This document shows positions 12,230 through 23,670 of a DNA stretch of 64,000 nt, piece by piece. Every line of letters starts with the position of its first letter. The first letter of the stretch is position 1. The position numbers were made by a program, and so were the translations under genes. The DNA comes from Octopus vulgaris. Its lineage: Eukaryota. Location of the stretch: positions 4,030,001 through 4,094,000 of the forward strand of contig OX597822.1 in NCBI GenBank assembly GCA_951406725.2, written 5' to 3'. The notes under the pieces are model-generated. The model was given only the letters and a program-made list of their open reading frames with translations. It was not told the DNA's origin and ran no database searches.

Positions 12230-12425
12230 ATCATCAAAACATCAGACAATCATCTTAACTTCTAAAGTAGTTACGTTTTGACAGACATTCTCTAGAACAA
12301 TACTCTGTGCACAACCAAAAATATGGCACCCTAGTCATAACACCAACTTGAACTGCTAAATTGTCTCTTGGGGTCTCCGGGTGAGACATGGGTTCAACTT
12401 GTACAAATACAAAGCAAAAGCCAGG
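12230..12425 (+). mobile_element. R4/Dong LINE 3' UTR copy
   Basis: TTGTCTCTTGGGGTCTCCGGGTGAGAC matches the 3' UTR behind the R4 C-terminus at 14113-14266; followed by a trinucleotide tract. Confidence 0.65.
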
Positions 12426-12426
12426 C

Positions 12427-12571
<145 letters not shown>

Positions 12572-12584
12572 ATCATCGTTATTG

Positions 12585-13890
12585 CTATTCGTTTTTGCCC
12601 GTCTCAGACATTTCTATCACATTGAATGGTGAAGTCCCACAGAAGTTTAAATTTGTTATTCTCTAACCCACTTCTGGTATTTGTTCATACCATTTAGCTA
12701 CAAACCCACATCCCTCGGATATCCGCTAGTGGCAACATTATCATAACATCTTTAGTATTCTCACTGTGCCAACTTAGCACATTCGCTTACATGATTGCTG
12801 TCCGTTTCTCCTTTTCTTCTACGCATTCTACTTAATGGTGATTCTTGCGTTTTGTCAACATGACGTTTAACGTAGTTAGTTCGGAAAACCTGCTCCCGTG
12901 CACTGTACACCAGAGCTTCATTGTATCTTTTCAGGTCACCATTTCAAAGTTATGACCACCTCTTACTCCAATCAATTCCTACTTTATCTCTAGTGTGCAG
13001 CCTGTGCATAGTTTGTCCTTCCATTCCTTTTTTCACTCTCTTATGGCATTCATTCGGTCTGCAGGTTTCAATGTGTCGAGATCTCTTACATTTTCCCTGC
13101 TGTTACTCTTTACATTTTTTTAAGACACCAAACTCGTTTGTTTTCTTCGCTGTTGACACAATTTCCACATTTTAGTCTTCTATCTCTTTACTTTCTTTCA
13201 ACATAAAGTCTTGCAACATCGCTACTTGGATGGAGTTTTTTAATGCACTGTCGCCAATTTCCTCTTTTCCATTCAATACTTTCTAATTTGCCATTCTTAC
13301 CAAATACTTGTACCCTCCCTCTTTAGTAATCTGGCCATTTGCAAGCTCAGTCCCTATACTTTTTGTTAGCTTTCCACGTTTCAGGGTTACAATGTCACAT
13401 TTTCTTCTTACCTTAAACTCCAACCAAACACCCTGACTAATCATATAGCTGTTAAGCTGTCAATTTCCTTCTTTTGTAAATAGCTTTAAATCATCCATAA
13501 ATAACAGATGGTTGATCTTAATATCATCCAGCACATATCCCATTTTCACTTATCTGAGGATTTCGTGGGTCAGAAGGTTCATGCAGAAAACAAGCATAAG
13601 CTGTCTCCCCGAAATACACGCTTTTCTATGTTGACAGATCCTATTAATCCCTTTTCCCAGTTAGTCATCGATCTTTCTGTAAACCTATAGACATTGTCTT
13701 GTATTTGAGTAAATTTCAGGCACTCTAATATCTAGCTGTGCGGGATCATGTCGTAGGCTTTCTTATAATCCAGTCATGTTACGGCTAAATTCTTGTCTCT
13801 TTTTACACTCCGTAAAGATTGCTTTATCCATCAGAAGTTGACGTTTTGACTCCCTGCTGTTCTTTTTATAGTCTTTCTGCTCTTCTGGTA
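12585..13890 (-). mobile_element. Degenerate R4/Dong-clade LINE (RT, zinc knuckle, start of RLE)
   Basis: Minus-strand translations give KNLAVT*LDYKKAYDMIP, LLFMDDLKLF, VSECAKLAQ and KLLWDFTIQCD; many stops and frameshifts. Confidence 0.85.
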
Positions 13891-14024
13891 GAATTTCGTT
13901 TAGCGACTAGAGAGATCGGAAATAGTGTTTTGGAGAAGAAAATAAAGCAGAGATTCCAAAATCAGAAACTTTACAGGCCGGAGAAACCATATCAACATAA
14001 GGGAACGAAAAAAGGAAAGAAAAG

Positions 14025-14057
<33 letters not shown>

Positions 14058-14510
14058 GAGTGAGAGAGCAGTGCATGCCATCAAAGTGACACTGGGGTAA
14101 AATATACGAAGCTCCAAGTCTCACCTAGAGACCTCAAGAGACAACAGGTTGGAAGTTCATGTTGTTTTATGCCTAGTGTGTCATATATTTGGTTTTGTAT
14201 TTAGTGTTGTACTAGTGAATGTCTTAAAAAACCATACGAAAATTATGTTTGTTTTAAAACTTGAGATTACATAGAAAGTATTTTGCGTAGGATATAAGCA
14301 GTTCCCATGAGCACTATCTTTTGAATTTCTGCCATTTTGGGGTTTCCTGGTATCTGAGATAGGTAGCAATCAGCTCCTTTTGCTATCATTCCCAGGGCAC
14401 CTATGACAACAGGTATTGTTTTAGACTTCAGGTTCCACATTTTGCTGATTTCTATTTCAAGATCTTTATATTTGCTCAGTTTTTGGTAGGTCTTGACAGA
14501 TACGTTTATA
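14058..14510 (-). mobile_element. R4/Dong LINE 3' end (RLE C-terminus plus 3' UTR) fused to the last 55 bp of element D
   Basis: KLSKYKDLEIEISKMW..IPVVIGALG..GTAYILRKIL*; flanked on both sides by (ATT)n; 14058-14112 equals the 3' end of element D. Confidence 0.88.
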
Positions 14511-14539
14511 TCGATTATTATCATTATTATTATTATTAA

Positions 14540-14581
<42 letters not shown>

Positions 14582-15180
14582 CATTATTATTATTATTACT
14601 ATTATTATCATTACTATTATTATTAATATTATTATCATTGTCATTTTGTTTCTAGCGCATGTTATATTATCTGAAAGAATAAATAACGATAATATTGTTT
14701 CAGGCTATGACTCACTCCAATTAGTGAAATACTGTTTTTCAAAAACATACTAGACATGAAACATAACGGGCTAAATAATAGAGCGAAGACATGATTCAGG
14801 GAATTATCGATGTTTCCACCTCAGCTCTTCCACCCTTCCTCGCCATTTTTACTCACGTATACATATATAACCACACTCACTTTTCGTCCTCCATCGATAT
14901 ATATACATACATATATATATATATATATACACGCACATACATATACTTCTACACTTATGGATATATATATGTACACACACATACATAATTCCCTTATATA
15001 CTCATGGATAGATAGATAGATAGATAGATATATGTATATATGAATATACATACATATATGTGCACGCGCGCACACATACATGTATACATATATATATATT
15101 TACATATGAACTATATGCAAATATATACACGTATGCATAAAAATATTTGAATATATATACATACACACACATATGTCTAA

Positions 15181-15239
<59 letters not shown>

Positions 15240-15902
15240 GTGTGTAATTTAGCCTTAGGTTACTAGTCTACAGAATCAATAAACAAAACTTTGTTGGTTT
15301 CTTTACATTTTTTGTCTCTATACATTACATATATCTTCCTTTCTTTTTATCATTTTGTATTTATATTATTCTTAAGAATATTGTTCAGTTTTAAATTTTG
15401 TTTTCCAATAACTTTGAGAATTCATACGTATGCTGTCTTTGTGTCATGTGTTTTGAAATTCTGCGTATAACAAGGATCATTGAGCGAAGGTGAACCTCTT
15501 GCCATTGAGAGGATCACAGCTGCCTTTTTCATAGCTAATCACGGCAGCGATCGAAGATTTACTCGGTTCTACTCATAATGGGTGTGTTTTCTGTGTTTTT
15601 TGTTCCTGTTGTTTTCTTTTACTGCTTTGTCAAAGTGAAAAGAGATCAGCGCCCATGATGTTCTATTCTTCCTTGGATCTCTGAGACCAGGGAGAGGATG
15701 GTAGAACTTATCTATAAACCAGAGGTACGGCCCAAATATTTTCAACAGAGTAAACTACCTACTAAATCGCTGCCTTAAAACGAGTGAAATAGTTAGGCCA
15801 TCTACTTAAAAAAACTCAAGAGGTAAAATATTGGCAGTGATACTGCAGATCATAAAATCTGCGATCGAATGTTTAAGTCATTCAAGTCAAGAAAATAATG
15901 AT

Positions 15903-16120
15903 AATCTTTTCTACTAAATGTACAAGGTCTGAAATTTTGAGGGAGGGAACTATTCGATTACATCGACCTCTGTGTTTCACTGGTATTTAATTTATCGACC
16001 CCGAAAGGATGAAAGGCAGAGTCGACCTCAATGGAATTTGAACTCAGAACGTAAAGTCGGACGAGATGCCGTTAAGTATTTTACCCCGGAGCTCTAACGA
16101 TTCTGCCAACACACCGCCTT
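15903..16120 (-). mobile_element. SINE family B, short-tail variant
   Basis: GAGTTCAAATTCC B box, GCCTTTCATCCTTTCGGGGTCGAT central domain, tail ending AGTAGAAAAG(ATT)n. Confidence 0.8.
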
Positions 16121-16565
16121 AATAATAATAATAATGTCTCTTTTACGCACAATACCAGTTATTTTAAGGGTGGTATGCTTGTTGATTACATGCACCTAGT
16201 ATTTGACTGGTGCTTGATTTCTTCGACTATGAAAGAGGAAAAGGTAAAGTTAACTTCGCCCTGATTCGAACTCAGAATGCAGAAAGCTGAAACAAAACTA
16301 CAATAATCTTAGTATTGGCGACGAGCTGGCAGAATAGTAAGAGCGCGGAATTTGTCTCGTTTCTTCATGTTCTGGGTTCAAATCTCACCGAAATTATCTT
16401 TGCATATTATCACTTCGAGGTTGATAAATTAAAGTGCCAGTCAATGATTAAGATCAAGGGCATCCCTTTACCTCTTCCTCTCAAAGTTCTAGGGCATTCT
16501 ATCTAAACTGGAAATCATTATACAATGATGTAGGCTTTTAACCGCATGTTACAATGACAAAAATT

Positions 16566-17202
16566 TGGTTTCAAATTTTGGCACAAGCCCTGCAATTTCG
16601 TGGGAGTGGGTAACTGAATTATATCGACCCCAGTACTCAATTAGTATTTATATTATCGACCCCTAAAGGATAAAAACAAAGTTGACTTCGGGGGGAATTT
16701 GGACGTATAACGCATAGTCGAAAGAAATAACTATTTCTTTACTGCCCACAAGGGGCTAAACACAGAAGGGACAAACAAGGACAAACAAACGGATTAAGTC
16801 GATTATATCGACCCCAGTGCGTAACTGGTACTTATTTCATTGACCTCGAGAGGATGAAAGGCAAAGTCGACCTCTGCGGAATTTGAACTCAGAATGTAGC
16901 GGCAGACGAAATACCGCTAGGCATTTCGCCCGGCGTGCTAACGATTCTGCCAGCTCGCCGCCTTAATACCTATTTCTTTACTACCCACAAGGGGCTAAAC
17001 ACAGAGAGGACAAACAAGGACAGACAAACGGATTAAGTCGATTATATCGACGCCAGTGCGTAACTGGTACTTATTTAATCGACCCCGAAAGGATGAAAGG
17101 CAAAGTCGACCTCGGCGGAATTTGAACTCAGAACGTAGCGGCAGACGAAATACCGCAAAGCATTTCGCCCAGCGTACTAACGTTTCTGCCAGCTCGCCGC
17201 CT
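16566..17202 (-). mobile_element. Tandem SINE family B array (partial 16566-16730; full 16732-16964; full 16971-17202)
   Basis: Head GGCGGCGAGCTGGCAGAA, central GCCTTTCATCCTTTCGGGGTCGA, tail CCCCTTGTGGGTAGTAAAGAAATA. Confidence 0.92.
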
Positions 17203-17499
17203 ACAATGATAATATTACATGTGTGTCTATATCTCTTCTAAATTTCAATTCACTTGACCTCCAGTAGACATTAAGACAGTGCAACATTATATTCGGACTG
17301 GGATTATTTCTAAACAACGGTTGAGGCTATTCTAATAGATTACTCAGTGGACTAATCCATAAACGTTTGAAGTGTGTCCCCATATGAAGTAATATTCTTT
17401 GATTTGAAATCGAAGGCGCTTGTTCGAATCTAGTCACATACGCTGTATTCATCAATGAATAAAGAAACTAATAACCTCTGAAAATCAAACTTTAGTTTT

Positions 17500-17542
<43 letters not shown>

Positions 17543-17818
17543 TGCGCTGGTACATAAAGTCTTTAGGAATCGACTCCTATGCAGAGATCAAGCCTGCATC
17601 TAATTTTAAATCCAGAGGAAGTGTCGTTCAAATACGCCTCGCAGGTCCTCCTAGACTAGTGATATTTATAACGTCGATGTTTAGTTTAAACATTCGTAAG
17701 TCACCAAGACTGTAATTTCATGGGTTGACGTTCTGAAGAAGGAAGAATTGATCGTATTGCTCTAATGAGCGTTAGGTGGCTAACACCGTACGGGTGACGA
17801 TAGGAAGAAAGACGACTG

Positions 17819-18277
17819 GGATCTTTTCGGTTTGAACGGCAGTTTTTTCTAGCGGCGTCATATGAAATTGTCACCCATAATTATGACCCTAGAATCGATC
17901 TATTGCATTTCAATCTCTTTTAGGGTTAGGGTTAGGGTTAGTTGGGGTTAGTTAGTGTTAGGGTTAGGGTTAGGGTTAGAGTTAGGGGGGGGTATCTTTT
18001 TTTCTTCACAAATGTAAATAAATCCAATCTGTTTCTTAAACGAGAGACATATCCATACGGCACAGAATGCTTTTTAACTCAATGGACGTCAGTGATTGGT
18101 TGAAATTGCAGAAATTGAAGAAAAAAAACAACAAATATCTTACAAACTATAGAATTTTCCCAATAAGGCCAAGAGAAAGAGATGTTTTATAAACACATTC
18201 TACCAGTATACGAAGTTAAAAAGTGTTTAGTTACCTAGAAATTATGTTAAAAACTGCCGTTGAAACCGAAAAGATCC
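17819..18277. mobile_element. MITE with ~29-bp GG-start TIRs and internal (TTAGGG)n
   Basis: GGATCTTTTCGGTTTGAACGGCAGTTTT / AAAACTGCCGTTGAAACCGAAAAGATCC; TSD GACGACTG/AACGACTA (6/8); second copy at 58534-58950. Confidence 0.92.
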
Positions 18278-19340
18278 AACGACTAGTTTAAAGAGTAAAA
18301 GCCGATATAACAACGATTAAATAAGCAGTGAGGAGAAACCGCCCATGAGAGACAAATGTAGTCTTTTGGTGTGTAAGTCTTCGTCAATTCCGTTGAATAA
18401 ATTACATTTAGATGGCAGTCAGACATGTTTGTCTGTGTAGCATCGATATCAATTGATATCATTGATTTCAATAACCCTAAGAAGGCGATAGACAACCATT
18501 TCTTTCAACCTAAATCATAAAAAATAAAGAAGAACATGCAAGCCTACCTCTATATCATAAGGCCCTTGAAAAACATTTTCTCTTATGCCCATACTTTATA
18601 CATCTGAGTGAGTAGTCGTTTTTAACCCTGCGCATGCGTATTTCCTAATTGATTTGTTTGTACTGTCTTTGCTTTCGTTATTCTAACGCTAAAGATAACG
18701 ATGTTCTACCAAATTCGTGCAAATTATATTCAAAGAAAGAAATGTCTAACATACTATATGACTATGGTCTCAAAAATTTAAATTCAGATTTTAACTCTTT
18801 TCAGTGATGCATAAACTAAGATTGAACAGCGAACAAATATTTACATTTCTTCAGACAAAATGATTTATTGTAAATCTGAAAAAAGAAAAAAAGGAAATGA
18901 TAGCTTTCCTGTGTTTATTGACTTCACGTAATTTCACATTCATATTTTCATTTTATTTATATATTTTGTTTGTTTGTTTGATGTTTAGTTTTAGTCTTTT
19001 GTGTGATTGCTCAGAATCACTACTTTCGCTGGTTCCATCCAGTCCGTCTGATCGTACAGGTGTCATGCCATTTTTCTTTTTCTTTTTGTATTAAAATTAT
19101 GTAAACATATTAATATGGTCCAAATTTTGGCAATTACTGGTACTTATTTTACCTATCTTGAAAGATTGTGCTACTTATTTTATCGATCTCGAAACATTGT
19201 GGTACTTATTTTATCGATCCCGAAAGACTGAAAGAGAAAGTAGATCTTAGTGGAATTTGAACTCAGAGCGCAAAGAGGGACGAAATACTGCTAAGCATTT
19301 TTTCCGGTCTGCTAATGTTTCTGTTAGCTCAACGGCTTAA

Positions 19341-19561
19341 CCCTTTAGCATTTAAACCGGCCATATCCGGCCATAAGTATTCTGCCTGTTTTATGTTCAA
19401 ACTGGCCAGATCTGGTCTCTCACACCAACCCTACAATATCGTTTTAAAGATTAACAGCTACCTCATCAAAATCTCATAGCTACAAGATAATGCATGATTA
19501 GTTCAAAACAATGTGGATTAAAAAGGATTAACTTTGGCAGAATAATGCGAACACTAAAGGG
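19341..19561. mobile_element. piggyBac-type MITE
   Basis: TTAA|CCCTTTAG ... CTAAAGGG|TTAA; 221 bp. Confidence 0.85.
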
Positions 19562-20450
19562 TTAAAAACATTGAAGAAAGCAATTATGGTTAGTAGGTTG
19601 GACAAAGGATAGTTAGACACAGGTTCGATTCTTGGACCGTGCAGTTCATCATTTCATTGGACAAAATACTCTCTTTCGCGGTGTTCCATTTCCCAAACCT
19701 AAATATTAATAACAACAGCAATTGGGGAGTGGGTCTTGAGACGGACCGGCGTACCATTCAATGGCGAGTATTTTACTCTTGGTAACCTAAACGTTAGCAA
19801 AACTGGCATAAACTCGCGTCAGCAGTATTTTGAGTAACGTTAACCGATTTGTGTTATTCACTGATGTGAACGCATATTTAAGCAATATTGATTCCTCAAC
19901 TATTTAATGTTCGTTTCTCTTGAATCTAACATGCAATACCCTCTTATGTTTTGTATTTTAATTCTTTCAGTCACTGGATTCTGGCCATGCTAGAGCACCG
20001 CCTTTAAGGGTTTAGTCGGACAAATTATTCTTTAAGTAAGGCAATTATTCTGTGGTGCTCTTTTGCTGAATTGATAATTTACAGAGACGGAAACAAAGGA
20101 ACAACGGTTGTCAAAAGATACCGACACAGAAACAAACACACACACGCTCGAGCGCGCACACTGAAGCACAAGCACACAAACTCGCACACACATACACATA
20201 CACACGCACACACAAATACACAGAAACACACAAATACACACGCACACACAAACACACACATATATGTGTATGAAGATAGATAGATAGAAAGAGAGAGAGA
20301 GGGGGAATCACACACATACACACATACACACACACATGTATATATAGATACAAAATAAAACCGTATAAATCAGCCTGGCTGATTCTAATAGAAACAGTAC
20401 TCAACACAAGTACGTACTTGGCATGGTGCGAGAGGGAATTTTTTTTATAA

Positions 20451-20853
20451 GGCGTGGCTGTGTGGTAAGTAGCTTGCTTACTATCCACATGGCTCCGGGT
20501 TCAGTGTCACTGCGTGGCACCTTCGGCCAATGTCTTCTACTATAGCTTCGGACCGATCAAAGCCTTCAGAGTGAATTTGGTAGACGGAAACTGAAAGAAG
20601 CCTGCCGTATATGTGTGTGCGCGTGTGTGTGTGTATGTGTGTGTGTTTGTGTGTGTGTTTTTGTCGACCTGCTACCGCTTGACATCCTATGTTAGTGTGT
20701 TTACGCCCCCGTAATTTAGTGGTTCAGCATAAGAGACCGATATAATAAGTACTAGGTTTACAAATAATAAGACCTGGGGGTCGATTTGTTCGACTAAAAG
20801 TGGTACTCCAGCAAGGCCGCAGGCAAATGACTGAAACAAATAAAAATAAAAGA
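20451..20853 (+). mobile_element. SINE family A
   Basis: Head, core, internal (TG)n and tail all present; an opposite-strand partial copy lies at ~19965-20130. Confidence 0.85.
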
Positions 20854-20931
20854 ATGTATATATATATACATATACATATACATATTTGTATGTATGTATG
20901 TATGTATGTATTTATGCATACACACGCGCAC

Positions 20932-21151
20932 ATAAAAAGGTGCAGAAAAGTTCCTGACTTTAAGGGTATCGCGAAAAGCCTTCTTGGAGGCTCAGCCTTA
21001 CGAGTGCTTTTACAGAGCATAGAAAAGTAGAAGCACCGCTGCAGTGAGTATGTGGATCTGAGAGAGGAATGCGTTGAGTAAAATCATAATTAATTGATTC
21101 TCTTGTATTTTCTTTTACCCAAAGCGAGGAAATTCTTAGCACCCACTCATA
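20932..21151 (+). mobile_element. Degenerate mariner-derived MITE
   Basis: Imperfect TIRs GGTGCAGAAAAGTTCCTGACTTT / AAAGCGAGGAAATTCTTAGCACC enclosing a remnant resembling a transposase C-terminus. Confidence 0.55.
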
Positions 21152-23394
21152 TTTTTGTGTATATTCGTCTCCGGGATGGGCGAAATTTACTAAGCTCGTG
21201 AGATAAGTGATTGATAATTGAACATGAGTGGTTTGCAGGTTTTCTTTACAGATGGTATTTAAAAATAGTTTATGAATTAGCTTCAACTATAGAAAAACTC
21301 AGACGCGCAATGTAATATTGGTTAGCATGATAGACGCTGCTGGTATGAGAACATAGCCGAAAACAAATCAATGAAAATAGACATGGAGACAGAGTAGAGT
21401 TTAATAAACGGGTATAGATTGGTTTTAAAAATGACCTTTTTGGATAAAGTTCTATGAATGGCTGGTTTTGAGAGAGAGGGTGCAAGTACACATTTTTGTC
21501 AGCTGAGTGGTGGACTGGAACAACGCAAAATATGGAGTGTTTTGCTCTTCAAGCACACACACACACACATGCGCATATACATATATATATATATGCATAC
21601 ACCACCCCCCACACACACACATATATATATATATATGTATATGTACACACTACACACTCAATAACACTATAAAATGGTCAAAATTGTTCCACAGGAACTT
21701 AGTTCAATTTGAAAACTCCACCAGAATGGACGAAAGCTCTATTATATGATAAATGATATAAGTTATATGATGTATAAAAACATGTAATATACAAATATAT
21801 ATCTGTAAATATAAAACCATCCGAATTTCTGAGTACCTCATTTCTTTTAATATAAAATACCTCATCTTCAAACCTTCTAATATATATATAAACATTTATG
21901 TATATACGTATCCGTGTGCTTATTTGCATTTTGATGTAATTATTATGTATATAAATTTATGAGTATGCATACATACCTGTGTGTGTGTGTGTGCGTGTGT
22001 GTGTATGTATGTATATGTATGTATATGTATAATGTCTCCGAGCCTTATGTTCAGCTGCTCTTTAATTTTGTTTACAAAGATGTAAATTTTACCACACAAT
22101 CTCGAAAACCGCTTCCCTCTTCGAAGACAATCTATGAGAAAATAAACATCTAGATACAAGTTCAAAAACAGGTCTTGCAACTGCTACATCCAACTAAATT
22201 TGACATACAGTAATCAATGCTTTTACAAAGTCATTGTATACTCTGCGATATGTAACGGTGAACCGATGAGACAAACATTAATTTGAAGTAAGTTCATATA
22301 CATTTAATTCTACGCTTTGTAAAAAGGAACAGAAATAGAAAATCTTCCCAACTCTCTCAAACTTCATATATAACATCAAGCGATATCACTCTTCCGATGC
22401 CAAAATTTAGTCCATAACTGGCAAGTCAAAGTTCTACAACCAACATAACATTCAAATCGTTTTGCTTCCTAGAAAGCGAAAATTTCCGTTCAATGTCTAA
22501 AACATACCCTATCTTAGAATCAAGCGCATTTAGAGAATCCTGTCACCTTTAGAACTCCATCTTCAACTGCTAGACCCCAATGGGTGCATTTACTTTCACA
22601 AACTCATTCATACAATTATTTATACATTACATAATTTAGGTCTTTCGTTCTGATTTCATATATGTAACAATACAGCCATTTAATTATTGTATATCATCGT
22701 ACATTTCCCAGTTTTATCTACGGAAGTTCTGTTAGAATAAACTGTACTTGCGGTCGTTGGCATGAGAGAAGTCCTCATGTTGGCTTTTGGTGCAATATGC
22801 ATTTTTTTTTTATATCGCAAGCGGGCAGATAAAGCCCCATCATCTCAAGCACTGAAACCACCAGATCACGGGGTATCGACCTTTCTTCGTCTTGTCAGTG
22901 ACGGACGCTCGGCTGCTAGACGCTAATCGCGATACCAGAGCCGGTTCTGGCACTGTTATTCTATATATCGCTGCCGGGATATGAAAAGCTGCTAACAGAA
23001 CATCCACGTTTAAGTGGGCATAAATGTTACCTCTCGGTATTAGTACCACTTCTGTCACTAAGAAATGTGTGTGTGTGTGTGTGTGTGTACATTCATTCGT
23101 ATTTACACCCAGAACCACGCTAATAGCTTGCGAGTGAAATTTTGGATTTCTCTCTTTCCTGTGAATCGATTTGGTTTGCATACTATAGCAACACATTTAT
23201 GTTTCCATTATTCTGTGTAAAATTTGTCATGTATAGACATGAACCAAAAGGTTCAGTTCTTGAATTTAGACATGTAGCAGAGTCTAAGGAACTTTTGCAG
23301 ATGAACCATCTTTCCATATTACAAACCCCGCGCTTACCACTACCGTTGGTATAATGTTTACACTTCTCTAAGATGTTCCATTATACATGTGGGC

Positions 23395-23600
23395 GTGTGT
23401 GTGTTAGTGTCTGTGTTTGTCCCCTACAACATATCGCTTGATAACTGGTGTTGGTGTGTTTACGTCCCCGTATCTAGCGGTTCGGCAAAAAGATACTAAT
23501 AGAATAAGTCCCGGGTTCGATTTGTTCCACTAAAACACTGTAAGGTGGTGCTCCACTATGGCTGCAGTTAAATTAATGAAACGAGTACAGCAATAAAATA
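23395..23600 (+). mobile_element. SINE family A, 3' half
   Basis: TTTACGTCCCCGTA..GCGGTTCGGCAAAA..GGTGGTGCTCCA tail. Confidence 0.8.

Positions 23601-23670
<70 letters not shown>

Noticed and set aside
17922-17992. (TTAGGG)n as a telomere or chromosome-fusion scar
   Set aside because: Short, single orientation, and internal to a TIR element present twice in the window.
22840-23196. GC-richer island with a 118-aa minus-strand ORF
   Set aside because: The ORF crosses a (TG)n tract and shows no motif; could not be assigned.
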